Below, piece after piece: positions 9,162-19,108 of a stretch of 64,000 bases of DNA; within the stretch, counting starts at the first letter, position 1; each line of letters begins with the position of its first letter. The stretch is from an uncultured Sphingomonadaceae bacterium. GTDB taxonomy: Bacteria > Pseudomonadota > Alphaproteobacteria > Sphingomonadales > Sphingomonadaceae. The position numbers and the translations under genes are program-made. The DNA is taken from positions 127 to 64,126 of the forward strand of contig CAYOSE010000003.1 of NCBI GenBank assembly GCA_964406535.1, written 5' to 3'. The notes under the pieces are model-generated. The model ran no database searches. It had not been told where the DNA came from and saw only the letters and a program-made list of their open reading frames with translations.

Positions 9162-12100
9162 GCTGCGTATCGTCCATCTTTCAAACGACGTGCCTGTCCG
9201 ATGGCAGTGAGGGAATCGAGGATCGGGCGAACGGTTGCGGCGCGTTTGCCCTTGAAGGTGCGAGCGACATCCTGCGGGGCGAGTGGTACGGTCGAGGCGG
9301 ACAGGACGGCGGCAACGGCGCTGACCTGTTCGGGGAGCTTGTCAGGCCAGGGAAGCACATTGTCGGGCGCGGGGGCAGCCGCTTCGCCAAGGTCGAGAGT
9401 CTGCGAGATCGGGGCCTGATAGTCCGGGGCCTGGTATTCTGGGCGTAGCCAGCGGATAAGTCCCTTGGCTTCCTCGGCGGCGCGTTCCTTGTTGAGTGCG
9501 ACGAGGCGCGTGAGGATGTCCTCGTCTGAAAGATCGGCAGGCCAGCCATAGGCCTCTGCCACTTTGCGGTCGATGGCGTCGTGATGCTGGCGGATCAGGG
9601 TGACGAGGCCGCGATCATGGATATCGCGCTCGGCATCGGTCAGCGCGCGGCCCTCTCCATCGTTAGCTCGCAGGGCTTCGAGCACGTTGTAGACCTTGGT
9701 GAGAGTCAGGTCCTTGTTTTCGGCCAGCACCCGCTTTCGCAGCGCATCGAGCGCCTCGGCTTCGGCGCGGATTTTGTCCTTGAGTGGATCGGGGACATCG
9801 CACGGGAAGGGAAACTTACCGAAGCAATCCGAGTGATTGTAATTCGAGTCATTTCCGACACCCAGCCATGCTCCTGAGCGTTCAGCCCAAATTAAATGCG
9901 TACGGCTGCTAAGCACTCCAAGGTGGAAGGCGTCTTCCAAACCGATGAATATGACCTTTGCGTCGGGCAATGTTGTGATCCTCTCAAACGAGAAGAGACG
10001 ATATTTGGAAGTCCGACATGTAGCGATGAAGCGTTGAAGTCCTGAAGCTGCCGCACGCATGTCCGATCTTGGCTCGGCATACACCCACCATTTTTCGCGG
10101 TAAGACGCTCGCTTGTTCTGATCTCTTACAGGTTTCACTCGGTGGAGCAGTATTTGATATAGGTCAGGAAATTCGCTTCGGAATTCCTCCTCCGAATAGC
10201 CGAACGCATCGATGACGAAACGAGTTTCGCGCCGTCCAGTCAGATCCATCCCGATTATATAGTCTTTGACGACCCCAGATTGCTTTGCTGTCGCAAGATC
10301 GAGTCGGTCTAGGTCGGTTGATTCGAGTCTAAACCCCTTCCCGACAAGGGTCACACCTTGGTAGCTGATTTTCCCATTCGAGCTGAGGTAGGATGAACCG
10401 GCAAGGTTACTTCCGACAGAAAGGTCGGAATTGATTTGATCGCCAGCTTTTGTCGAGAGCTTGACCCAGCGCTCCCCGTACCCGTCCGATATCAGACCCT
10501 CATCAACCACTTCCTGCAAGATTGACTGTCCCGAATAGCCTCCTGTTGTCATCGCGATGCGCACGTCCGCCCCATCTGCTCCATCGACCCAGGGATGATC
10601 GGGAATGGCGAAGAGAAGTTTGCACTTCGCCGCTTCGATCACTGACCTGTTGAATGTTTGCGTGATCGAGTTTGTCGTGATGAACCCAAATCGTGTTGTG
10701 TCACCTCTTGCGGTCGCAGCTGCTGATACTGCCCACCAGTACATCACGAAATCGACCGACTTGCTGATCTTCGGATAAGCCGTACGGACTGCTTCCGCGT
10801 ATCCATCGCCTAACCTGTCGCGCATGCGCTTGTTGCCGATAAATGGCGGGTTCCCGACGATGAATTCCGCATTTGGCCACTTCGTCGATCGCGGTTTGAC
10901 GTAGCGGTAAAGTTCTTTCCGCCCGGTTTCGTCGGGCACCAGTTTTCCGGTAACTGGGTGCTTTTTGAAGCTGATGCCATCCCAAATGCTGAGTGGCTTG
11001 CCGTGCTCATCGCGTTCCAGCTCGCGCCTGTCGTAATCGATCAGGGCGTCGCGGTTCTCGATAGTGCGGATGTCCTTCAGGATCGGTTCGGGCGGGGCGC
11101 GGTCCTTGCCGTTTACGCGGAAATGCCATTGCAGGTAGCCGATCCATAGGACCAGCTGCGCGATGGCGGCGGCGCGCGGGTTGATTTCGATCCCAAGGAA
11201 ATTCTCTGGCGTGATTGTGTGTCCGGTGATCTCCGCTACGTATTGATCGTCACCCAGCTCGACCAAGAGGTCGAGCACTTCGCCCTCCAGTTCCTTCATT
11301 CGCGCCATGGCGACATAGAGGAAATTGCCGGTACCGCAGGCAGGGTCGAGGACGCGGGTTTGCGCCAGTTTTGCATGGAAGCCCTCGACAAGCGACCTAG
11401 CCTCTTTCGCCTTGTCCGCGCCGATAAGTTCGGAGGCGGCAGCACGCACCCCGTTCCAGTCAGCGCGAAGAGGTTCCATAATTGTTGGGCCGATCAGCCG
11501 CTCGACATATGCGCGCGGCGTGTAGTGCGCACCAAGCTTGGCCCGTTCCTTTACGTTGAGTGCGCGTTCGAGCAACGTGCCAAAGATCGCCGGCTCGACC
11601 TCGGTCCAGACCTTGTTCGCCGCTTCGATCAGCACCTTCAATTCATCGGCATCGAGCGGCAGTGCATCGGTGTTCTTGAAGAGGTAACCATTGAATTTAC
11701 GCACCTGCACCGCGAGCGCGGGCGAGAACTCGCCCGAATCCATCGCCTTCCACAATGCCGTCAGCGAGCGAGGCAGGTTGTCGAGATTGTCCTCATGCGC
11801 TTTTAGCAGCGTCTTGAAGCTATCCTTCGGCAGCAGAACTTCGGTGTCCTCTGCGAACATCGTGAACAGCACGCGCATGAGAAACCCACTGACGGTTTCG
11901 GGATCGTGGTTGCGCTCCAGCCGCTTGGAGAGGGTGGCCAGCAGGTCGGCAATTTCACGGGTGACGGCGGCGGAGCGCGATGCCGGGTCGAGACTTTGCG
12001 GATCGGTCCAAATCGCGGCGAGGCGTTCGCGTACCTTCTCGTCGCGCAGGTCCTCAAGCATGATGCGATAACCGGCCCGGTCGGGAAACTGCGCGTAGGC

Positions 12101-12625
12101 CTTGCCGGTGCCGGTGAAGTCAGCATAGACCTCAATGCAGTATCCGATGTCGGCCACCAAGAGGAACGGCGGCCAGCCATGTTCGGTGGGCAGTGCCTTT
12201 GCATAGCGCTCGGCCTGCCCCTTCGCCTCCTGCATGGCCTTAGCCCAGGACGGTGTGCCGCGACGCGCGGTGCCACGGGCAACACGAGCCTTGGCCGTCT
12301 GGCCAAAAAGGTCGAGGTCTTCATCGCCCTTTTCGGCAGCGACGCGGTCTGCCTCACTGCCCTGTTTGGCTTCGAGCACGAAGCAATCGCGCTTGTAGCA
12401 ATCGATGCGCCCGAAACTCTCCGTGCCGTCGCCATTGTCCTGAAACACGCGGCGCTCGAACACATAGTCGTTGGTGGCGTCATCCGCCTTGGCCCCTCGC
12501 GGTGGATCGGCACCGAGCAGCTGGGTCAGGCCATTGATGAAGAGTTGCGTGTTGGCGAGTTCACTGCCGCCAGTCTCGCGCCAATCGGCGATGAATTGTT
12601 CGATTTGATCTTGCGGCGCGGTCAT
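9158..12625 (-). CDS. MmeI-like type IIL fused restriction endonuclease / N6-adenine methyltransferase
   Basis: ~1155 aa from ATG 12625; N-terminal GRIDCYKRDCFVLEAKQG nuclease motif, GAHYTP, motif I VLDPACGTGNF, motif IV NPPF, C-terminal TRD. Confidence 0.9.
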   Translation of the reverse strand: MTAPQDQIEQFIADWRETGGSELANTQLFINGLTQLLGADPPRGAKADDATNDYVFERRVFQDNGDGTESFGRIDCYKRDCFVLEAKQGSEADRVAAEKGDEDLDLFGQTAKARVARGTARRGTPSWAKAMQEAKGQAERYAKALPTEHGWPPFLLVADIGYCIEVYADFTGTGKAYAQFPDRAGYRIMLEDLRDEKVRERLAAIWTDPQSLDPASRSAAVTREIADLLATLSKRLERNHDPETVSGFLMRVLFTMFAEDTEVLLPKDSFKTLLKAHEDNLDNLPRSLTALWKAMDSGEFSPALAVQVRKFNGYLFKNTDALPLDADELKVLIEAANKVWTEVEPAIFGTLLERALNVKERAKLGAHYTPRAYVERLIGPTIMEPLRADWNGVRAAASELIGADKAKEARSLVEGFHAKLAQTRVLDPACGTGNFLYVAMARMKELEGEVLDLLVELGDDQYVAEITGHTITPENFLGIEINPRAAAIAQLVLWIGYLQWHFRVNGKDRAPPEPILKDIRTIENRDALIDYDRRELERDEHGKPLSIWDGISFKKHPVTGKLVPDETGRKELYRYVKPRSTKWPNAEFIVGNPPFIGNKRMRDRLGDGYAEAVRTAYPKISKSVDFVMYWWAVSAAATARGDTTRFGFITTNSITQTFNRSVIEAAKCKLLFAIPDHPWVDGADGADVRIAMTTGGYSGQSILQEVVDEGLISDGYGERWVKLSTKAGDQINSDLSVGSNLAGSSYLSSNGKISYQGVTLVGKGFRLESTDLDRLDLATAKQSGVVKDYIIGMDLTGRRETRFVIDAFGYSEEEFRSEFPDLYQILLHRVKPVRDQNKRASYREKWWVYAEPRSDMRAAASGLQRFIATCRTSKYRLFSFERITTLPDAKVIFIGLEDAFHLGVLSSRTHLIWAERSGAWLGVGNDSNYNHSDCFGKFPFPCDVPDPLKDKIRAEAEALDALRKRVLAENKDLTLTKVYNVLEALRANDGEGRALTDAERDIHDRGLVTLIRQHHDAIDRKVAEAYGWPADLSDEDILTRLVALNKERAAEEAKGLIRWLRPEYQAPDYQAPISQTLDLGEAAAPAPDNVLPWPDKLPEQVSAVAAVLSASTVPLAPQDVARTFKGKRAATVRPILDSLTAIGQARRLKDGRYAA

Positions 12626-12676
12626 CAAGTGCTTGTAGTCGCGAGATTGACCGCGCCGCAATTGCAATATGGTGTC

Positions 12677-13060
12677 TCAATACTCGTGGGCGAGCATTAT
12701 GGTGAGAACGCGCCGGGTGACCGCCGGATCAGCCGGGTCGTCGCTGCCAAACTGCAAATCGCGGTCGTAGGCATCGATCTTCCAGAACACGGTTTCGGCA
12801 GGAAGCGCCGGTCGCGTGGTTGTCCAGCGACCTTCGCCGTCCAGATAGATCGCCCCGAAATCGCGTTCTCCGTAAGGATCATTGTCCGGAGTGAAATCGT
12901 CGAAAGTCTCGACCAGTTCGCGCACGCGCGACTGATCTTGTTCGGGCAAGGCCCGGAACCCCTCGGTTGCCACGGCAACGCAGGCAAGGCCCATCGCCAG
13001 CCGCGCCCGGTCATTGAGGCGGGCAATCCGCTCGCTGTAGGCAATGGTACCAGCACTCAT
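12677..13060 (-). CDS. DUF3768 domain protein
   Basis: 127 aa; NDPYGERDFG, FWKIDAYD, DPADPAVTRRVLTIMLAHEY; ATGA overlap with the upstream gene. Confidence 0.88.
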   Translation of the reverse strand: MSAGTIAYSERIARLNDRARLAMGLACVAVATEGFRALPEQDQSRVRELVETFDDFTPDNDPYGERDFGAIYLDGEGRWTTTRPALPAETVFWKIDAYDRDLQFGSDDPADPAVTRRVLTIMLAHEY

Positions 13061-13245
13061 TGCACTGCCCTCCCACCGCATTCGCAGACGTGAACCAGCT
13101 CGCCAAAATCCTCGCTCTCACCCAGTTCCTCGGCAAGGCGCTGAACTGTCCCGAACGGCAAGCCATTCTCGTTTGCCAGCATCCGCAGCCAGTCTTCGCG
13201 GCACTCGGCCCCGCAAGCCCGGTAGTTCAAGATCAGGTCACCCAT
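13057..13245 (-). CDS. Small conserved hypothetical protein (62 aa)
   Basis: MGDLILNYRACGAECREDWLRMLANENG...LGESEDFGEL; strong GAAGGAGG RBS; coupled to DUF3768. Confidence 0.7.
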   Translation of the reverse strand: MGDLILNYRACGAECREDWLRMLANENGLPFGTVQRLAEELGESEDFGELVHVCECGGRAVQ

Positions 13246-13249
13246 TTTC

Positions 13250-13750
13250 TGCCCTCCTTCGGCTGAAAGCCGCATCCGACACGCGGCATGCGGCCTGCCT
13301 TCCGGCGAGGATGGGAGGGGGAGGGAAGACCGGAATCGATGCCCTGGCGCGGGCCAGCGGGCACAGCCCGCCACACGGGGGCGTCTATTTCCGGTTTCGG
13401 GAACGAGAGGGCAAAGCCTTTGGTGTTCCCGCGAGGGATCGCCCGGCGATCCAGAAGAAACGGCACCCTTGCAACGGCGCGAAGCCGCCGGAGGCCCTGC
13501 GCGCGCGATCAGTGCGCCAGCGGGCCTCCGGCAATGAGAGAGGCAAGAGTGCCTGCGGGTTAGCTCAGGAATGCCGCGCCCTCAGGAGCATGACCGCAGG
13601 ACATGCGGGACAGAGCGCGTCCATCGGGAATTCCCGCTCCGCTTTCAGATGCTCCTGATCGTCACCCGAATGGGCCGGGACTACAGGCCCGGTCCGCAAC
13701 AGCGGATAGAGCAGGTCGCCCGTAAGGGCAGCGCTGCGATTACTGCCTTC
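13250..13750. other. Highly structured non-coding leader upstream of the DUF3768-MmeI operon
   Basis: Dense inverted repeats, e.g. 13487-13497/13522-13532 (11 bp perfect), 13582-13591/13649-13658 (10 bp), GGATCGC-ccg-GCGATCC at 13436-13452, GCCC-GTAA-GGGC at 13718-13729. Confidence 0.6.
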
Positions 13751-13874
13751 ACCCTGATCTGATCTTGCTTGTGATCAGTCGAGCCATCGATGGTGGAAGT
13801 AAGAGCCGATGAATGTTGCTTAAGAAGTCAATCCCTATAACATCTTGGCCACTTTATGAATTGCACGAGAATCC

Positions 13875-15389
13875 ATGCCCTCTGAGCCGCTACAGATTCC
13901 AATCCCGCGCAGGACTGCGGATGCGACTCCTCACGCGGCATCGCTCATCCAGAGCTTGCGGGATATTGGCTATTCCTCGGAAACGGCGCTTGCCGACATC
14001 ATGGACAACTCGATAACCGCTGGTGCGCGGAAGATCGAAATACTGTCCGAAACGAATGCGATTGAACCGGCGATTGCTGTCCTCGACGACGGCTGGGGTA
14101 TGACCCTGGACGAGCTCGTCGAAGCGATGCGACCCGGCAGCAGCAATCCGCTCGATGATCGTGCCTCGGGCGATCTTGGACGCTTCGGGCTGGGAATGAA
14201 AAGCGCCAGCTTCTCCCAGTGCAAGCGATTGACTGTCCTGACCCGAAAGAATGGCGCGACTTCCGCCGCGACCTGGGACCTTGATGAGGTGTCGCGGACC
14301 AACAAGTGGGAAATCGAGCTTCACGACAACCTGTCAGACATTCCCTGGAGCGAAAGGCTTGGGGAACGGGGAACGCTGGTGGTCTGGCGATCGCTGGACA
14401 GGCTTTCGGGCGGAATAGAGAACGATCAGAGAAAGCGCGCGGAACATATCAATCGTCTGCTGGCAGAAGCCGAACGCCACATCAGGCTGGTGTTCCACCG
14501 CTTCATGTCAGAGGATAAGCCACCGCTCGAAATAATGCTGAACGGCAGAAAGCTCGACGCCCTTGATCCGTTCGGGACCAGATTCCCCAAGCATCAAGCC
14601 GACAGGCCGGACCGGCTTGAACTCAAGAATGGATATGTCGAGTTTCAGAGCTTCACGCTTCCGCACCACAAGGAAATCCCGACTGCCGACTGGAATGACC
14701 TGGGTGGTCCTGAAGGACACCTGCGAACACAGGGGTTTTATGTTTATCGAGGCAGACGTCTGATCATTGCTGGAAGCTGGCTCGGGATGGCGAGGCAGAC
14801 CGAGTTGACCAAGCTGTGCCGTATCCGCGTCGATATTCCAAACACAATGGATTCCGACTGGAAGATCGATGTGAAGAAGGCATCGGCGCAGTTGCCTCCT
14901 GCTGTTCGTGAAAGGATGCGACTGCTCGTTGAACGGCTGGCCGTAACGTCAAAACGCACCTACCAGCGCCGAGGGAAGAAGCTCGTGGACAACGAGTATT
15001 TCCCGGTCTGGCAGCGCATCCAGCGAGATGGTTCCATCATCTATCGTCCGGACCTGGCTCACCCGGTTTTCGCCGACTTCTCGGAGAAACTGCCAACTGA
15101 TCTGCAGTCGGATTTCGCGAACCTCATCGGACTGATCGGCTCGTCGGTCCCGGTGGCATCGCTGCATTCGGACTTCGCTGGCTCGCCCGAAGACGTGAAA
15201 GCCGAGGATGCAGATGAACAGTCACTACGACAACTCGCCGAGGCGATGATCCCGAGGCTTGTCGAGCAAGGCACCGACAGAGAGCGAATTACGGAAATCC
15301 TCTGTCAGATCGAGCCGTTCAAGTCGGCTGCCGCAATCGCACGGAATGTGGTCGGTGAAGTTCTCGAGGGGATCGCTTGGAATGACTGA
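13875..15389 (+). CDS. GHKL/MORC (MutL-like) ATPase of an Mza-like defence operon
   Basis: 504 aa; LADIMDNSITA, DDGWGM, GRFGLGMKSASFS GHKL motifs. Confidence 0.9.
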   Translation: MPSEPLQIPIPRRTADATPHAASLIQSLRDIGYSSETALADIMDNSITAGARKIEILSETNAIEPAIAVLDDGWGMTLDELVEAMRPGSSNPLDDRASGDLGRFGLGMKSASFSQCKRLTVLTRKNGATSAATWDLDEVSRTNKWEIELHDNLSDIPWSERLGERGTLVVWRSLDRLSGGIENDQRKRAEHINRLLAEAERHIRLVFHRFMSEDKPPLEIMLNGRKLDALDPFGTRFPKHQADRPDRLELKNGYVEFQSFTLPHHKEIPTADWNDLGGPEGHLRTQGFYVYRGRRLIIAGSWLGMARQTELTKLCRIRVDIPNTMDSDWKIDVKKASAQLPPAVRERMRLLVERLAVTSKRTYQRRGKKLVDNEYFPVWQRIQRDGSIIYRPDLAHPVFADFSEKLPTDLQSDFANLIGLIGSSVPVASLHSDFAGSPEDVKAEDADEQSLRQLAEAMIPRLVEQGTDRERITEILCQIEPFKSAAAIARNVVGEVLEGIAWND

Positions 15390-18138
15390 CAAGGTCGCGC
15401 AACTCGATGGAATGGTTTCCCAGCTCATTGCCAGCCAGGACAGGCCAACTGAGGAAAGCATTCGCGAGACGATAGCAACGGTCCGGATTCTGCCGATCTT
15501 TTCCGAAGTGACCGACGAAGACGCCGAGCTCCTTGCGCGTGAGCTCGAAGAGCGCATCGGCATCAGCATGGGAATTGGCGCGGTCATCGGTGAAACCGAC
15601 TTCAAGCCTTGGCTGAATGATGCTCGGGCCGATGGTCTGATCGAACCGTACTACTGGAACAGGTATAGAAAGCTGCTCGAACAGAAGCGCTTGCCCAAGG
15701 ATGTCGTCACTTCGACCGACCATGTCACCGATCGCATTCTGGACCGAATGGGCAATCCTAGCGACCGCACGGCTTGGGATCGCAAGGGAATGGTCGTCGG
15801 CCACGTTCAGAGTGGCAAGACAGCGAACTATACCGGCTTGGTCTGCAAGGCTGCTGATGCAGGATACCGCCTGATCGTGGTCATCGCAGGCATCCACAAT
15901 AATCTACGCAACCAAACACAAGCAAGGATCGATGAGGGATTTATTGGGCGAGACACCGGACGCCTTGAGATGGCAGAAACCCGCAATCGCCCAAGATACA
16001 TCGGTGTCGGCACGTTCGATCACAGGCGTTCTCCGGTCAGTCTGACCACTACACTCCGGGACTTCAACAAGGGTACGGCCACGACCAACACGAGCGAAAT
16101 CGCGTCGTATTCTGTCCCAGTCGTTTTGGTGATCAAAAAGAACTACCGCACTCTCTCGAACCTCATTGATTGGCTCCGCGAGCACAGCACAGGTCGGTAC
16201 TCGGAGATGGTCGATCAACCCATGCTCCTGATCGACGACGAAGCCGACAATGCCTCCATCAACATCCAGTATGGGCGAGACGAAGTCTCGCGCATCAATG
16301 GACAGATCAGGGACCTTCTGGGGCTTTTCCAGAGAAGTTGCTACGTCGGCTACACGGCCACCCCCTTCGCCAACATCTTCATCGACCCTGACTCTGATGA
16401 CGAGGTTTACAAGCAGGACCTTTTTCCGAGGCATTTCATCATCGGGCTCGATGCGCCCACCAACTACTTCGGTGCGCGCAAGGTCTTCATCGACGGTATC
16501 CCTGATGATGATGGCGAGAGGCCGCAGTTCCTGCGCTACATCGACGACAATGGCGATCTGCTCCCGGTAAAGCACAAGATCGATCACGACATCACTGCCG
16601 TCCCGGAAAGCATGCTCTATGCGCTCCGGTGCTTTATCGTGGCCCGCGCAATCAGGAATCTGCGAGGCCAGAAGAACCAGCATGCTTCCATGCTCGTCAA
16701 CGCATCTCGCTTCACCGGCATCCAGAACCTTCTGCGCAACAGATTGCATCAGCACTTGAAGGCCATCGAAGACGCGGTTCGAGTCGATGGTGCGAAGTTC
16801 GACGCGGACAACAACCCCGAAATTGCCGAACTGAAACGTTGCTGGGAGGACGAATATCGGGATGCGTGGCCCGAATGGGATGATGTCCGCGAGAACCTGC
16901 TTCCGGTGGTTGCTTCGGCGACCGTCATGGCAGTGAACTCATCCTCCTCGGAGAGCCTTGATTATGAAGCTGGCGGCGAGAATGGCCTGACCGTTATTGC
17001 GGTCGGCGGATTCTCGCTTTCGCGCGGCCTCACGCTCGAAGGACTGACCGTGTCCTATTTCCTGCGCAACTCGTTGATGTACGATACCTTGATGCAGATG
17101 GGTCGATGGTTCGGTTACCGGCAGAACTACGAAGACCTCTGCCGCATCTGGATGCTTCGCGAGGCATCATCCTGGTACGCTCACATCGCTGAAGCCATCG
17201 AGGAGTTGCAGCTGGAGCTGAAGAAGATGGAACGCGCAAATGCCACGCCGGAACAATTCGGTCTCGCTGTGCGCAGCCATCCGAGTGCGCTGATGGTCAC
17301 CGCCAGAAACAAGATGGGCTCAGGTCAGAAGCACCTGATGGTTGGCCTATCCAACAATTTCGTGGAAACGACGCGACTTGGAGCGGGAGACGCTGCTCTC
17401 AATCACAACCGGAAAGTGCGCGACAGGTTCTTGGCTTCACTTTCGCGGAATGGCTATGCTCCCGAAAGTGCGCAGCAAGTCTCCGGTGGTCAGCTTCTCT
17501 CCGGAGTGCCATTCGAGGTCGTCGATGATTTCCTTCGTGATTTCGAGAATCATCCGGACTCCGTACTCTCGGCTACTGACCCCATCCGCAGATACATCGA
17601 CGCGCGGCGTAACGATGAAATGTCGGAATGGGATATCCTTCTGGCGTCCCTCAAATCCTCGGATGAGGCCGAACCACTCGAAATTGACGGGTGGACTATC
17701 AATCCGATCAATCGTTCGATCGGTCCTGACGATCTTGCCAACAACATCCTGACAGTCAGTGGATCGAGTGCTCGTGTGGCTTCGCGAGGCATGGAAAAGG
17801 CAGGTCTTTCGCCTGATCGCGTTCGCCAGGCCGAAGCGGATTATCGTGAAGAGAGAAACCTTGGCGCAGATGCCAAGGTCAACTTCCCGGATCGAGTATA
17901 TCGGGCACGCCGCGAGCGTCCGCTTTTCATGCTCTTCAACGTCTCGATCAAGAAGGACGGTGTCGATGAAGCCGACCGCCACAGGCTTCCTGACAAGCCC
18001 GTAGTCGGCTGGGGGATCAGCTTTCCACCATCAGCCCGACCCGATCAGAAGGTCGAGTATATCCTGAACACTACCAAGCTTCGCGAACTCTTCGGCGAAG
18101 ATGACAGCGATGAGGACGCGGCGGATGACGAAGAATGA
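15382..18138 (+). CDS. Z1-domain SF2 helicase-like protein
   Basis: ~918 aa from ATG 15382; GHVQSGKT Walker A, LIDDEAD Walker B, YVGYTATP, SRGLTLEGL, DTLMQMGRWFGYR. Confidence 0.9.
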   Translation: MTDKVAQLDGMVSQLIASQDRPTEESIRETIATVRILPIFSEVTDEDAELLARELEERIGISMGIGAVIGETDFKPWLNDARADGLIEPYYWNRYRKLLEQKRLPKDVVTSTDHVTDRILDRMGNPSDRTAWDRKGMVVGHVQSGKTANYTGLVCKAADAGYRLIVVIAGIHNNLRNQTQARIDEGFIGRDTGRLEMAETRNRPRYIGVGTFDHRRSPVSLTTTLRDFNKGTATTNTSEIASYSVPVVLVIKKNYRTLSNLIDWLREHSTGRYSEMVDQPMLLIDDEADNASINIQYGRDEVSRINGQIRDLLGLFQRSCYVGYTATPFANIFIDPDSDDEVYKQDLFPRHFIIGLDAPTNYFGARKVFIDGIPDDDGERPQFLRYIDDNGDLLPVKHKIDHDITAVPESMLYALRCFIVARAIRNLRGQKNQHASMLVNASRFTGIQNLLRNRLHQHLKAIEDAVRVDGAKFDADNNPEIAELKRCWEDEYRDAWPEWDDVRENLLPVVASATVMAVNSSSSESLDYEAGGENGLTVIAVGGFSLSRGLTLEGLTVSYFLRNSLMYDTLMQMGRWFGYRQNYEDLCRIWMLREASSWYAHIAEAIEELQLELKKMERANATPEQFGLAVRSHPSALMVTARNKMGSGQKHLMVGLSNNFVETTRLGAGDAALNHNRKVRDRFLASLSRNGYAPESAQQVSGGQLLSGVPFEVVDDFLRDFENHPDSVLSATDPIRRYIDARRNDEMSEWDILLASLKSSDEAEPLEIDGWTINPINRSIGPDDLANNILTVSGSSARVASRGMEKAGLSPDRVRQAEADYREERNLGADAKVNFPDRVYRARRERPLFMLFNVSIKKDGVDEADRHRLPDKPVVGWGISFPPSARPDQKVEYILNTTKLRELFGEDDSDEDAADDEE

Positions 18139-19108
18139 CGACCCTTGGGATGGGTTGAGCGCGGGAGGCATCGATGCCCGAAGGGTCAATCCGGGCAGCA
18201 ATCATGACTTCTTCTGGATCATTTCGGGCAAATCCGAACCGGGTCTGCTGCTGCGGCTGGCGGTAGATACCGTCGAAATCAAGCCGCTTCCGAAGCTGCG
18301 TTCGCTCGAGCTGACCTACCGAAATGTCGCGGGTCACAAATCGCTGGTCCTGCTGCTCCGGGATGAAGAGCAACGGGAACTCTTCGGGAGCCTGTGCCGG
18401 GATATTGTGCAGGCGGGAGAACAGGGAAGCGACAATCGCGATGCCTTGAACCGCTCGATCCGGCGAACGCTGCGCTGGCACCACCTTCTGCGAGGCGGCA
18501 AAAGTGGCTTGCTTTCGCTGGAAGAACAGCGGGGGCTGCTGGGGGAACTCCAGTTTCTCCAGCATCTGATAGACCTGATCGGACCGCGGGCGGCTATCGA
18601 AGCGTGGAAGGGGCCGCTCGGATCTTCGAAGGATTTCGAACTCGACGGGTGCCTCGTGGAAGTGAAGGCACGTCGCGGAGCAGCAAAACCCTTCGTGCAG
18701 ATTTCCTCCGAAGATCAGCTATCGGATGTGGATGGTTGCCAGCTGTTCCTCGTTGTCAGCGCAATCGACGCAGTCGTGAAGCCGAATGGTCTGACGCTGA
18801 CCGATTATGTCACTGAGGTCGAGAAACTGTATGCCATCGCCGACCCAGAAGCATATTCGCTCTGGGAAGAGGCAATCGTGTCGACCGGCTTTGATTTCGA
18901 GGACGACTATTCCGACCGGCGCTGGAACGTCGGGAAAAGTCTGCACTTTGAAGTTGTCGAAGGCTTCCCAAGAATCGCCAACCCACCGCCCTTGGGCGTC
19001 TCCGCAGTACGATACAGTATCAGTCTCGATGCCTGCTCGGATTTCGCCGTCGAGCCGGATTCGTTGGATCACCTGATCGTCGAGAGGAACGGTTCGTGGA
19101 CGAACTGA
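18125..19108 (+). CDS. PD-(D/E)XK motif protein (DUF4420)
   Basis: ~327 aa; EQRGLLGELQFL...WKGP...KDF...VEVKA; overlaps both neighbours. Confidence 0.88.
   Translation: MTKNDDPWDGLSAGGIDARRVNPGSNHDFFWIISGKSEPGLLLRLAVDTVEIKPLPKLRSLELTYRNVAGHKSLVLLLRDEEQRELFGSLCRDIVQAGEQGSDNRDALNRSIRRTLRWHHLLRGGKSGLLSLEEQRGLLGELQFLQHLIDLIGPRAAIEAWKGPLGSSKDFELDGCLVEVKARRGAAKPFVQISSEDQLSDVDGCQLFLVVSAIDAVVKPNGLTLTDYVTEVEKLYAIADPEAYSLWEEAIVSTGFDFEDDYSDRRWNVGKSLHFEVVEGFPRIANPPPLGVSAVRYSISLDACSDFAVEPDSLDHLIVERNGSWTN

Noticed and set aside
11906-13093. 395-aa plus-strand ORF, and 13044-13658 (204 aa)
   Set aside because: The first is antisense to the MmeI/DUF3768 genes; the second is low-complexity R/A/P-rich translation of the hairpin region
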